A stretch of DNA of 64,000 nucleotides from NCBI GenBank assembly GCA_013416795.1, contig RQSC01000027.1, positions 702,585-766,584 on the forward strand. The letters are read 5' to 3'. Below are positions 12,601 through 21,070 of the stretch, in pieces (within the stretch, counting starts at the first letter, position 1; each line of letters starts with the position of its first letter). The position numbers and the translations under genes were made by a program. The notes beneath the pieces are model-generated. The model made no database searches, was not told the origin of the DNA, and saw nothing but the letters and a program-made list of their open reading frames with translations. This DNA is from Prasinococcaceae sp. CCMP 1430. Lineage: Eukaryota > Plantae > Prasinodermophyta.

Positions 12601-13670
12601 TCGCACATGATCGGCGCACTGGTCGCGTCGATCGCGCGCCCTTGCGCGACGATGCGCTCGCACACCTCGAGCACGCGCGGGTCGCCGCCAGCCAGACGCA
12701 CGAATGGGCGCGCCACTGCGAGGTACAGCTGTGCGTTGCGTGGCTCGTTGCGTCGTAGCGCCTCTGCGAGCGCGCCCAAACGCGCCTCTGCCACCTCATA
12801 TCCGCCCACGCGCACGAGCTGGTGCAGCGCGGACAATCGCAGCGCCTCGATGTTGTGCTTGTCCTGAGCGAGCACGCTGTCAGCCAGCTCTACCGCCTGC
12901 TCCCAGTCACCGCGCACCGAGAGCAGCCGCGCCTTCTCCGTGCGCGCAGGCATGAACCACTGGTGGTGCACCACAACGGCATTGAGGTGCTCGATTGCGG
13001 CTTCGTACTGCGAACGGCTCTCGCAGGAGCTCGCAAGGCCGAGTCGCGCTTCGAGATCCTGCGGGTTGACGTTCAGGACGGACTGGAAGTAGCTTGCGGC
13101 CGCCCCAGCATCGCCGTCGTTCTTGGCGCCGCCCGAGCCGCGCAGCGCCAGCCAGCCTTTGACGCATAGCGCCGTACGGCGGTTGGCCATCCCGCCGCCG
13201 TCGTTCTCGGCAGCGTCAAGGGCGCGGTCAGCGAGGTCGTTCGCCTTGTAGGTGTAGAGTTCGCTCTCCTGGTCCCTGGGGGCGTCGCGCGTGGCTCCCG
13301 GCACGCCCATCGCATAGTACACGGCCGCGGCCGTTGACAGCGCTTCTGTCCCGGCAGCCATCTCCTCGGCGTCGGCTCGCGACTCGAGCACGGCAATCGC
13401 ATCGTCATCTTGCACGCGTGCGGCGCGGTGCGCCTGCACCGCGAGCGCGAGCGCGGCCAGTTCCGTCTGCCGCGCGGCCAGGCACGGCTCCAGCGCACGC
13501 AGCGCCTCCGAGGTGGCGCCCTCACGCACCACGCCGAACGCACGCCACAGCGACAGCACCGCGTCGCCCGGTCGTTTCTTAAGCACCTCGGCGCACACCG
13601 TCTGCGGGTGGCGCGAGTAGCCGCCGCGCGCGTAGAAGCCCACGAGTGCAAGGATCTCGCTCGACGCCAT
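9630..13670 (-). CDS. TTC21B: Intraflagellar transport protein 139 / TTC21B (TPR repeats, IFT-A)
   Basis: Intronless 1346-aa TPR ORF. C-terminus matches TTC21: ALKYNKSSAQAWEYMGLVMEKELSYADAAEHYENAWKY, GYKLGWNYLKAKRYVDA, IKTDVLDKAR. Confidence 0.9.
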   Translation of the reverse strand: MASSEILALVGFYARGGYSRHPQTVCAEVLKKRPGDAVLSLWRAFGVVREGATSEALRALEPCLAARQTELAALALAVQAHRAARVQDDDAIAVLESRADAEEMAAGTEALSTAAAVYYAMGVPGATRDAPRDQESELYTYKANDLADRALDAAENDGGGMANRRTALCVKGWLALRGSGGAKNDGDAGAAASYFQSVLNVNPQDLEARLGLASSCESRSQYEAAIEHLNAVVVHHQWFMPARTEKARLLSVRGDWEQAVELADSVLAQDKHNIEALRLSALHQLVRVGGYEVAEARLGALAEALRRNEPRNAQLYLAVARPFVRLAGGDPRVLEVCERIVAQGRAIDATSAPIMCEQARLRELSGDLAGAAELYAQAGVENEMNFDAMLGAIRVQIKRGDLDSAASQLEFLEEMQASLGGGGVDNGTDGAGAVPTSAGLLSAMLAWRRGGDVSGAAARLDEAAGLHLRALRGRQTGYAYYTDLDAALLLEMAACYLEGAGSEPRTGSEAVDPLVGKAISLLEVVSKSVPGMLSAQLALGNATFLAGRLDAAHSLCATCLRLNPNHARSHLLAARVALAQGKPRAAAAALEQALSHDFSVRDSPQYALVRAQVLKESGQFDEAARVLKAATLVPGVARGGTDGVSAGESCSLLLLHADVLGTLGKLGEASDVLQGALTLFAGTVQEMRVHISNCELSLHRGDPESALSMLRGIPRASPFYARARAAMAEVYLKHKRDREAYCSCYEDIAEAKPEAPQFIMLGEALMRVQEPERAIAAFERALERAPRDAGLASRVGRALVASHDYGRAVDFYEAACRAEGGAVSMHLELAELYTKLGRFERCDATLKGLMGRVGQGSDPKSIETRVSTIITMGKMLKAAGSASAALEHYKQAQSEQDELVKALRSESGSGSEATDAARERMCDILYCMGQEHERLRDTAGALQSYQEALKWQEGSPRVLRACARLSLAKGDIDSCQAQCAALLRVNATDEEGSLMLAEIMLQKENYETAVYHYEQLLERSPGHHGALVSLVQTLHRAGRLEEAPKVIASAERNAPRGVRLGGLRYARGLLAQYQNDPAKALKELNAARQDGEWGTHAIYLMVMIYLNPDGSFSAFDAALGDPAAEEVDEGALLAAERLLLEVRGAARKSGKHVVLEAMTLMARRTESDVSAALQRLLEYAQEDAHDVGVLLAIGNAHALLGQLPKARNFLKRIQKMPYSVKHAENFERAWLLLAQVHIEGGKYDLAQELCRRALKYNKSSAQAWEYMGLVMEKELSYADAAEHYENAWKYSSQASPQVGYKLGWNYLKAKRYVDAVNVAHKVLKTFPAYKGIKTDVLDKARAAFKP

Positions 13671-13959
13671 CGCGACCGGCCACGCGCGGGGCGGGACGGC
13701 CGCCCCCGGTCCCGATCCGGGCGCGGAATGCCCCCACCCACCACCCCACCCCCGTCACCGCCGAAACCGCGCGCGCACTTTCTCCAGGCCCCGACCCCCG
13801 TGCGCGCGCACGGGCGGAGCCCCCACGCCGCGCAGCGCGGGAGCTCTGGTGCGCCACCTCCCCGCCCCCCCGCGCCCCCCCCTGGCGCGGGGTGCGCTCG
13901 GCGCGCTCGTTGACCCCAGGGCGGCATTCGCGCGCGCGCGTGCGCGCGGGGAACGCGCC

Positions 13960-14039
13960 AAACCCAAACCCAAACATCGGGCCGCGCGACTCAACGCATA
14001 CAGTACTGTATTCGAACACATATTCAATATCAAACCCTA
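13960..14039. promoter_or_regulatory. Telo-box (AAACCCTA at 14032-14039) in the divergent TTC21B / RCC1-gene promoter
   Basis: Exact AAACCCTA plus AAACCCAAACCCAAAC in an AT-rich island. Confidence 0.5.
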
Positions 14040-14507
14040 TATATGTGAAACCCCATAGGCGCGCGCGCGCGCCGTCCGGGGAACGCTCGAGATGTTTTCA
14101 AACGGGCGTGCCGCTGGCTGGGCCCGTCTGCGCGCGCGCGTGCAGGGCCGTGGGTGCGCGTGTGGGCGTGGGCGCATGTGTGGGGTGTGGTTGTAGGCGT
14201 GGGTGCGAGCTTGTGGATGTTCGGGGTGGTGTGCGCGCACGAGGTGCGACGCGGCCGCAGCATCGGTCGGTCGGGGGCGTTCCCCTTCCGAGCAGAGGAA
14301 GCACCAGCCAGCCAACTAACCAAAGCTGGCTGCTGCTCGCCTGGCGACGGCCAGGGCAGCGCTGCTGGCAGCGCGGGCGGGCGCGCACGGGGCCGCGATG
14401 CGGGTGCGCCTACGGTGGCTCTGCGTGCACGCGCGCGTGTGCCACATGGGGCGCAGCAGAGGCCCTGTGGCGCGCGGGCGGGCCCAGCGCGGCGGCCGCG
14501 GCGAGCG

Positions 14508-17270
14508 ATGGAGCGCGCAGCGGCGCCGCTGCGGCATGTGCACGTAGCGTGCGTGGCAGTGAGCTGGCGGCGGCGACAGCGGCGGCGGGGGCGGCGGCGA
14601 GGGCGCGAGGTGGCGGTGCTCGCTGGCGCTGCGCTCACGCTTGCGCTCGCCGCACTCGTGCCTGCGCCGGCATGCGCGGTGCCGCGCGGCTGGCGTAAGG
14701 TCTTCTCATGGGGGGACAACCGCTTCGGCGAGGGCGGGCGCGGCACGCAACCGTTCGCGCAAGACGTGCCGCTGCCGTCAAGCTGCGCTCCAATGGAGGT
14801 GGAGGAACTCTCTTGGGGCGTGTTGGAGAACGCTCCGGGCACGCAGATTGATCGCGTAGTCGCGGGTCTCGACCATGCTTTCGCGCTGAGCGCCGAGGGG
14901 CGTGTGTGGGCGTGGGGTCGCAACAACCTCGGACAGCTCGGGCTGGGCTACCGCTCGAGCGAGGACGTCTACGTGGCGACGCCCACCGAGCTGACGACGC
15001 TCGGCGGGCGTAAGATTGTCGACGCCGCCGCGGGCGTCGACCACTCGCTGCTCCTAGACGCCGAGGGCAACGTGCACGCGTTTGGGTCGAACTTCAAGGG
15101 GCAGCTCGGGCTCGCCGTCTGGGACGACCTCGCGCAGTTCTCCGGGTGCGATGACGAGGCGTGCACCGTACCGAAGCGCGTGGAAATCCCCGAGGGCGTG
15201 GCCAACGTCACGGCCGGCGGAGCGCACTCGGCGGCTCTCACCGTCACTGGCCGCGTGTACACGTGGGGCTACAACCGCGAGGGGCAGCTGGGCTTGGATG
15301 ACGTGGAGGACCGCAACGCGCCGCTGCGCGTGAGCGCAGGCGCCTTCGAGGCTGTTCGGTGCAAGCTGCTCGCGGCAGGTGGCCACGCGAGCGGCGGCGA
15401 CGGCGGCAACAGGACCGTCGACGGCGGCCACACTGTGTGTGTGAGCGTGGATGACACGATTTGGTCGTGGGGGGATAATTTTCACGGACAGCTGGGTAAG
15501 CAGCAGACGTACCTGCGAGTGTGCCCCACGTGTGACACGTACACGCCGAACACGATGGACAACGTTACCAAGCGGTGGTTCAACAGGCACCCCACGCCGC
15601 AGAAGGTTGGCCACCTGGGCGAAGGCAACGCGACTGAGGACATCAAGGAGCTCGTTGTAGGCAGCCACCACACGGTCGCTCTCACGCGCTCGGGGCAAAT
15701 CTGGGCCTGGGGCGACAACAACTTCGGCCAGCTAGGCCTGGGGTACGCGTGGCGCGAGCGCGACCCCAACACACGGCAGATCAACGACAGACCACGGCGC
15801 ATCGAACACTTTGACTACAACGTGACGTTGGACGACGCTGGTGCCAACGAGTCGGTGATCGAGTACAAGGAGTTTGTGCACATCGACGCAGCCAAGTTCC
15901 AGACGGTGGCGCTCGACGCCAACGGCGACGTATACACATGGGGCACCAACTCCCACGGTGAGCTGGGAGAGTGCCCGTGCGTGTACGACGATGACGAGGA
16001 GACATATCACTGTGGGCTGGACTACCTACCCAGCGAGTACTGGCGCACCGAACCCAAGCGGGTGAACCTGCTGAACCACTCTCTTGCGGCAGTGGCGGCG
16101 GGCGGCTCCCTCTTCGCCATCAGCTACAACACGTGCCCGGACGATCCCTTCGGCGAGGCGTGCTCGAAAAACGGCGAGTGCCTAGAGAAGACGAATGAGT
16201 GCGAGTGCGACTTCGAATGGCGCGGTCAGATCTGCGAAAAGATGTGCCCGATGCCCGACGGCGAGGTGTGCTTCGGGCACGGCACGTGCCTAGAGACGCC
16301 CACCGGCACAACGTGCTCGTGCGAGGAAGGGTACTTCGGACGAGGCTGCGATTTGGTGTGCCCGCAGGACGAGCTTGGCCGCTTCTGCTCAAACAACGGG
16401 ACGTGCGTCATCGACGCGGAGATCAACGACGGGCTGCCGTATTGCGTGTGCACGCGCTTCTGCGTGCACCCATCGAAGTGCGTGGAGCTGGGTGTCCCCA
16501 GAGAGATGCACGACTTTGAGCGCGCCGAGTGCCTCGCGCGAGATCTCCTCCCGCGCGGACTGTGGTGCTCGTACTATGGCCCGCTGGGCTATGAGGCGTG
16601 CTACAACGACGGCATGTGCGGCACGTGCGAGAACGACGCCACCGGGCAGTCGCCAGTGACGCGTCGCGCTGCGGCAGCTGCGGCGGTGGGCGCTGGCGCC
16701 GCGGCAATCGCAACGCTGTCCTCGGAGGAGGGCCCAATTGGGGACTTCCACCTGCTGGGTCGACACGTGCAGTACATGTTTGCGGGCTTCTCCAAGACAA
16801 AGATCTCCTGGGGAAACCGGCGCAGCACATCCGTTGGACTCAGCTGCTGCTTCTTGTTGGCGCCCGCGCTGCCCGCTCTGCTCTCGGGTTGCGAGTCGCA
16901 CCGCTGGATGGCGCCCATGTGGGCGGTAACGACGGTGGCCTCGCTGGGCAGCGACTACTTCTACGCGGGGGTCGACAGCGCGTGGCACGGCGTCGATCGC
17001 TGGATAGCGCCGTCGACGCTGGCGTGTAGCGTGGCTTTCACCGCGCGCGCGCTCCACAGAGCGCTGGGTAGCGTGGCCCTGGCTGCGGTTGCCACAGTGG
17101 CGCTGCTCACAGTGCCCATCACGTGCTTCGTCAACTCGACCCGCAGCCACCAGCGGGGTCTCGGCCGCTGGAAGCAGTACGTTGTCTGGCACACGTTCTG
17201 GCACCTCACGGCTGGCGGTATCATGACGGCCGTCTATTCGCTCACGCCGTGCTTCGAGGCGAACACATAA
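14508..17270 (+). CDS. Predicted surface protein: N-terminal hydrophobic leader, 7 RCC1 repeats, 3 EGF-like repeats, Cys-rich linker, multi-TM C-terminal domain
   Basis: RCC1 blades [VI][WHYF][AST][WF]GxNxxG[QE]LG; EGF units such as CSKNGEC...CECDFEWRGQIC and CFGHGTC...CSCEEGYFGRGC; C-terminal hydrophobic helices ending WHTFWH. Confidence 0.8.
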   Translation: MERAAAPLRHVHVACVAVSWRRRQRRRGRRRGREVAVLAGAALTLALAALVPAPACAVPRGWRKVFSWGDNRFGEGGRGTQPFAQDVPLPSSCAPMEVEELSWGVLENAPGTQIDRVVAGLDHAFALSAEGRVWAWGRNNLGQLGLGYRSSEDVYVATPTELTTLGGRKIVDAAAGVDHSLLLDAEGNVHAFGSNFKGQLGLAVWDDLAQFSGCDDEACTVPKRVEIPEGVANVTAGGAHSAALTVTGRVYTWGYNREGQLGLDDVEDRNAPLRVSAGAFEAVRCKLLAAGGHASGGDGGNRTVDGGHTVCVSVDDTIWSWGDNFHGQLGKQQTYLRVCPTCDTYTPNTMDNVTKRWFNRHPTPQKVGHLGEGNATEDIKELVVGSHHTVALTRSGQIWAWGDNNFGQLGLGYAWRERDPNTRQINDRPRRIEHFDYNVTLDDAGANESVIEYKEFVHIDAAKFQTVALDANGDVYTWGTNSHGELGECPCVYDDDEETYHCGLDYLPSEYWRTEPKRVNLLNHSLAAVAAGGSLFAISYNTCPDDPFGEACSKNGECLEKTNECECDFEWRGQICEKMCPMPDGEVCFGHGTCLETPTGTTCSCEEGYFGRGCDLVCPQDELGRFCSNNGTCVIDAEINDGLPYCVCTRFCVHPSKCVELGVPREMHDFERAECLARDLLPRGLWCSYYGPLGYEACYNDGMCGTCENDATGQSPVTRRAAAAAAVGAGAAAIATLSSEEGPIGDFHLLGRHVQYMFAGFSKTKISWGNRRSTSVGLSCCFLLAPALPALLSGCESHRWMAPMWAVTTVASLGSDYFYAGVDSAWHGVDRWIAPSTLACSVAFTARALHRALGSVALAAVATVALLTVPITCFVNSTRSHQRGLGRWKQYVVWHTFWHLTAGGIMTAVYSLTPCFEANT

Positions 17271-17375
17271 TACGTAATAATAATGACTGCGCCTCGCGGT
17301 CATGCTCGCGAGCGCGCCAATAGGGGCCACTGCGCCGCGCTCGTCCCTCGTTCTTGTACTAGCCGGAGATACTCA

Positions 17376-18047
17376 CTAGTGCAGCTCTTCCAATGGGGTG
17401 GCTGCGGCTGTGCTCCCCGCGCGCTGGTGCGGTGCTTCAACGATGGGGTCACGGGATGTGCAGCCCCTCTGCGCGTTAAATTGTCGTAGCCGCGCCTCAA
17501 TTGCCTCGCGCTTGGCTCGCTCAATGGCGAGTTCTGCCTCGAGCTGTGCCATGCGGCAGGCGATCTCAGCCACTGCGTCGGCGTCTCCGGCCTCGCTGAA
17601 GCACGGCGTGGCAGGGTACGACGCCTCTGAACGTGGCGCCCCGAGGCGCTGCGAGCGCGCGGGGTGGATTTCGTGGCCGGCGGCGTCGTCGGCCTCGACA
17701 GCTGACATCGGCAGCGCACTCGCCGCAGACGCAGCACGTGCGCTGCGCCCGCGAGACATTGCCTCCGAGGGCGCCAGGGAGCCGCCCGCCACCGAGCCTA
17801 CCGAGGCACGAGCGCCAAGGCGCGAGCGCGGAGACAACACCTGGTGCATTTCGCAATTGCCTCGCTTCCGCGCGCGCAGGTCCACCGCGGCGCTCGGTAG
17901 CATCATCACCCCGAGCGGCGTCGTCTGCACGCGCTTGGGCCCATCGTGCAGCCGCTCACCCTGCGTGCGCTTGGCGGCAATGAACGTCTCCTTCGCCACG
18001 CGCTTCTTCCAGCACTCGCTGCTGCACACGTCCTGCGAGTTCACCAT
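17376..18047 (-). CDS. Hypothetical protein with C-terminal coiled coil
   Basis: ORF begins MVNSQDVCSSECWKKRVAKE; heptad-like MAQLEAELAIERAKREAIEARL; lies convergent with the RCC1 gene. Confidence 0.6.
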   Translation of the reverse strand: MVNSQDVCSSECWKKRVAKETFIAAKRTQGERLHDGPKRVQTTPLGVMMLPSAAVDLRARKRGNCEMHQVLSPRSRLGARASVGSVAGGSLAPSEAMSRGRSARAASAASALPMSAVEADDAAGHEIHPARSQRLGAPRSEASYPATPCFSEAGDADAVAEIACRMAQLEAELAIERAKREAIEARLRQFNAQRGCTSRDPIVEAPHQRAGSTAAATPLEELH

Positions 18048-18169
18048 CGCCCTCGGGCGTCCCGCTGCCATGCCAAGGCGATTCCGACACCCTGATCACA
18101 ACCTGCCACCCTGGCGTCCCCCGCCGACGCACACCAAGCCTTCCCCGCTCCCTCCCCCTCCACTGGCGG

Positions 18170-18198
18170 GCGCGCGCGCGCGCGCGCGCGCGCGCGCG
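18170..18198. repeat. Perfect (CG)14 alternating tract
   Basis: Read directly from the sequence; the longest of many (CG)n tracts in introns and intergenic DNA. Confidence 0.9.
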
Positions 18199-18345
18199 TG
18201 GCGCCCGTTCGGTGCCGGCCCGCCCGCGGGGAACTTTCAGATTTAGAATTTGGCTCAAATACGCCAGAAATAAGCCCGCCAAAATCCCCCAAATCTAAAA
18301 TCCGGCGTCGCCAATTGGCAATCCCGCACCCGATTTCCATACCAT

Positions 18346-18440
18346 AAACCCTATGTACTCATACCCCAACACTCGGCGCGGACGGGGCTTTTCATCCCGC
18401 TACTCATCGAGACTTCTCCCACGCGCGGTGAGTTAGGGTT
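18346..18440. promoter_or_regulatory. Pair of opposed telo-box motifs upstream of the PPR-SMR gene
   Basis: AAACCCTA at 18346-18353 and TTAGGGTT at 18433-18440. Confidence 0.5.
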
Positions 18441-18569
18441 GGGACGCCCGCGGGGCGCGCGGGGTTCCGCCGGCGGCGATCTTTTTCTGATCCGCGCGCG
18501 CGCGCGCGGCGCGGGGCGGGGCGCCGCCATCACCCCGCATGCGGCCCGCGCGCCGCCGGGAAAAAGGGN

Positions 18570-20809
18570 CCGCCGCCGCCACCGGGGGGGGCGGCGGCGC
18601 GGCGGGGATCGCGGCGGCGGACGGGGCGGCCGCGGATGCTGTGAACGAGGCCGGTCTCCGTGCGTCGCTCGCCGAGTGCGCCGACCGCGGTGATGTCTCG
18701 GGCGCGTGCTGGTGCGTCGAAGAGATTGCGCGGCTCAACGGCGGCGTGCTGCCTGGCGCCGCCGCGCTCAACGATGCGCTGCGCGCCTGCAAGAAGGCCA
18801 GGCCGGTAGACGAGCGCACCGCAACCGCACTGCTGCAGCAGAGCACGCTCTTTATCGGCAGGCCCCTTCAGCCTGGCGGCGGCCGCGGTCGCAGCACGCG
18901 CGCGGCCGCGAGTTCGCGCTCGGTGCTTGCGCTGCGGTCGCCAGTGGAGTGCGACGCCCGCAGCGTGCACGAGGCGATGGTGTGCCTGAGCCGAGCGCGC
19001 CGCTGGAAGAAGGGACTCATGCTGCTGCGCCGCGCGCGCGCCGCGGGGCTCATGCCGTCCGCCGAGGCCGCCACGTCGCTCGTGGTGTGCCTCGCGGACT
19101 CGCGCATGCGCCAGGAAGCGCGGGCCATCCTGGAGGACGCGGACATTCCCGCCACCTCGACGGGATTCAACGCGCTGCTCAAGGCGCACGCGGGCGCCGG
19201 CGACTGGGAGAGCTGTGCGGCCACGCGGAGGCTGATGGACTCGCGGGGAGTGGCGCTCGATAGGTTCAGCTACACCAGCCTGCTGCATTGCCTGAGCAGA
19301 AACAGGGACCACCTCCGCCAGAGTGAGCTCAGCAGGGACCAGCGCAGCGCGTGGGGGGGCGTGCAGAGCAGGGCTTCCAGTTTCGCCGGTGCCAGCACCA
19401 GTGGTGGCCGTGCCGATTGCGGAACGGATGTCGGCTTCAGCAAGGACGGCATGAGCAGCGGCAGAGGCAGGCGAGGCGTGGAGGGTCCTGCCTCCGCTGC
19501 GGGCAGTGGCGTCAGCGGTGGTGGTGGAAGCGCCGGCGCGCGCGCCCCGCCGACAGGGCGCAGTGCGAGTGACGTCTCTGCCGCGCGGGAGGCGGCGCGC
19601 GAGCAGGCAGAGTTGCGTGCGTACTCGCCCGACAATGAGGATGACATGGCACGTGTGATCTTCCGCAGCTCGACGCTGGCGCCGCCCGAGGTGGACGAGG
19701 CCACGCGTATGGCGTGCTCGTGGCGCTGGCCGCGAGTCGAGGAGCTCATGCAGGAGCTGCTCGAGCAGGAGGCTTCGCCCGAGCTTCCAAACGTTGTGCA
19801 CTTCAACACGGCAGTGCGGGCGGCGGCAGAGGACGGGCTGGTCGGGGCTGCGCGCGAGATGCTCGGCTTGATGAGGTCGCGGCGCGTGCAGCCTGACGCG
19901 ATCACCTACACCAGCCTCCTGCTAGCGTGTGACCGCGCCGGCGACTGGGAGGCGGCTGCGGAGTGGATGGGAGAGGCACGTGAGCGTGGACTGGAGTTGG
20001 GTGCGCCCGCGTACAACAACCTCATCAACGCCTGCGTGCGTGCGGGGCAGTGGAGGCGGGCGCTGCGCGCGCTCGAGGAGATGCAGGAGGCCGGTGTTGA
20101 GCCAAACCAGCTGAGCTATATCGGAGGCCTGACCGCCGCGACGCAGGGAGACGACGCGAGTGTTGCTGTCACCCTGGCCAGCTCAATTCGTGAGCGCGAC
20201 TGGGAGCTCACCCAGCTACACTACACCTCAATCGTGGCTGCCTTCGAGGACACCGGCAGCTGGGAGGCGGCAACGAGCTACCTGTGTGAGGCGCAGGCGC
20301 ACGGCTTCCTCGAGTGCTCCATGACTCGGCAGAGCGTCGATCTGCACTCGATACGCGCGGTCGGTGCCGCGCAGACGGTACTGAGGCAGTGGCTGAGAGG
20401 GCTTCGGGACCATTACCTCGTATGCTTCAACGACCTCCCCGAAACGTGCACGGTTGTGACGGGCTGGGGGCGTCACTCGAAGGTCATTGGCCAAAGTCCC
20501 GTCAAGGCGCGCATATGCTCACTGCTGGCGGCGCTCGAGAGCCCCTTCGTGGTGCCGGCAGACAATCCTGGTTGCCTCGAGGCCAGCGGCGACGAGGTCG
20601 CGCGCTGGCTGCTTGAGGGCGAGGTCAAGTCGCTCTTCCAGTTTCTGGGAGGCGACAAGAAGGCTTGGCACAGAAACTTCGCCCCCGGCAGCACCATTTC
20701 GCCGGGCGCAGCGGCGATTCCAACCACTGCGGCGGCGCGGAGCGAGGAGTCGGCTGCACCCGCTCCCACGGACATGGTACCCTGGCGGAGCAGGGCGAGC
20801 GCTACCTAG
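18570..20809 (+). CDS. PPR-SMR protein (GUN1/SOT1/pTAC2-like architecture); start uncertain (N at 18569)
   Basis: P-type PPR motifs (FNALLKAHAGAGDWE, DAITYTSLLLAC, YNNLINACVRAGQWRRAL, EPNQLSY). SMR domain DLHS...VVTGWGRHSKV. Confidence 0.88.
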
Positions 20810-21070
20810 GCGCGTGTGGCAACTCGGCCGCTGCGCCTGCGGCTGTGGCCAGCACGCAACCCTGAGGACGATCCCGCGTGTGTCATACAATTTTGTTAAC
20901 GAACTCATCTATTTTTTCCCCCGAAAGCGCTCGTGTCCCACCCACACCGCCGCCACAAGCGCGCCCCAGCGCTGTGACGACGCGGATTGAAGTAGGGCGC
21001 ATGCTGTAGAAGTGGGCTTTACATGAGGTGCGCGACTGGAATCTGCCCGCGCCCGTGCATGGCACGCAAA

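Noticed and set aside
14690-16110. UVR8 photoreceptor
   Set aside because: It is an RCC1 propeller, but the GWRHT Trp motifs are absent and it has a leader, EGF repeats and TM helices.
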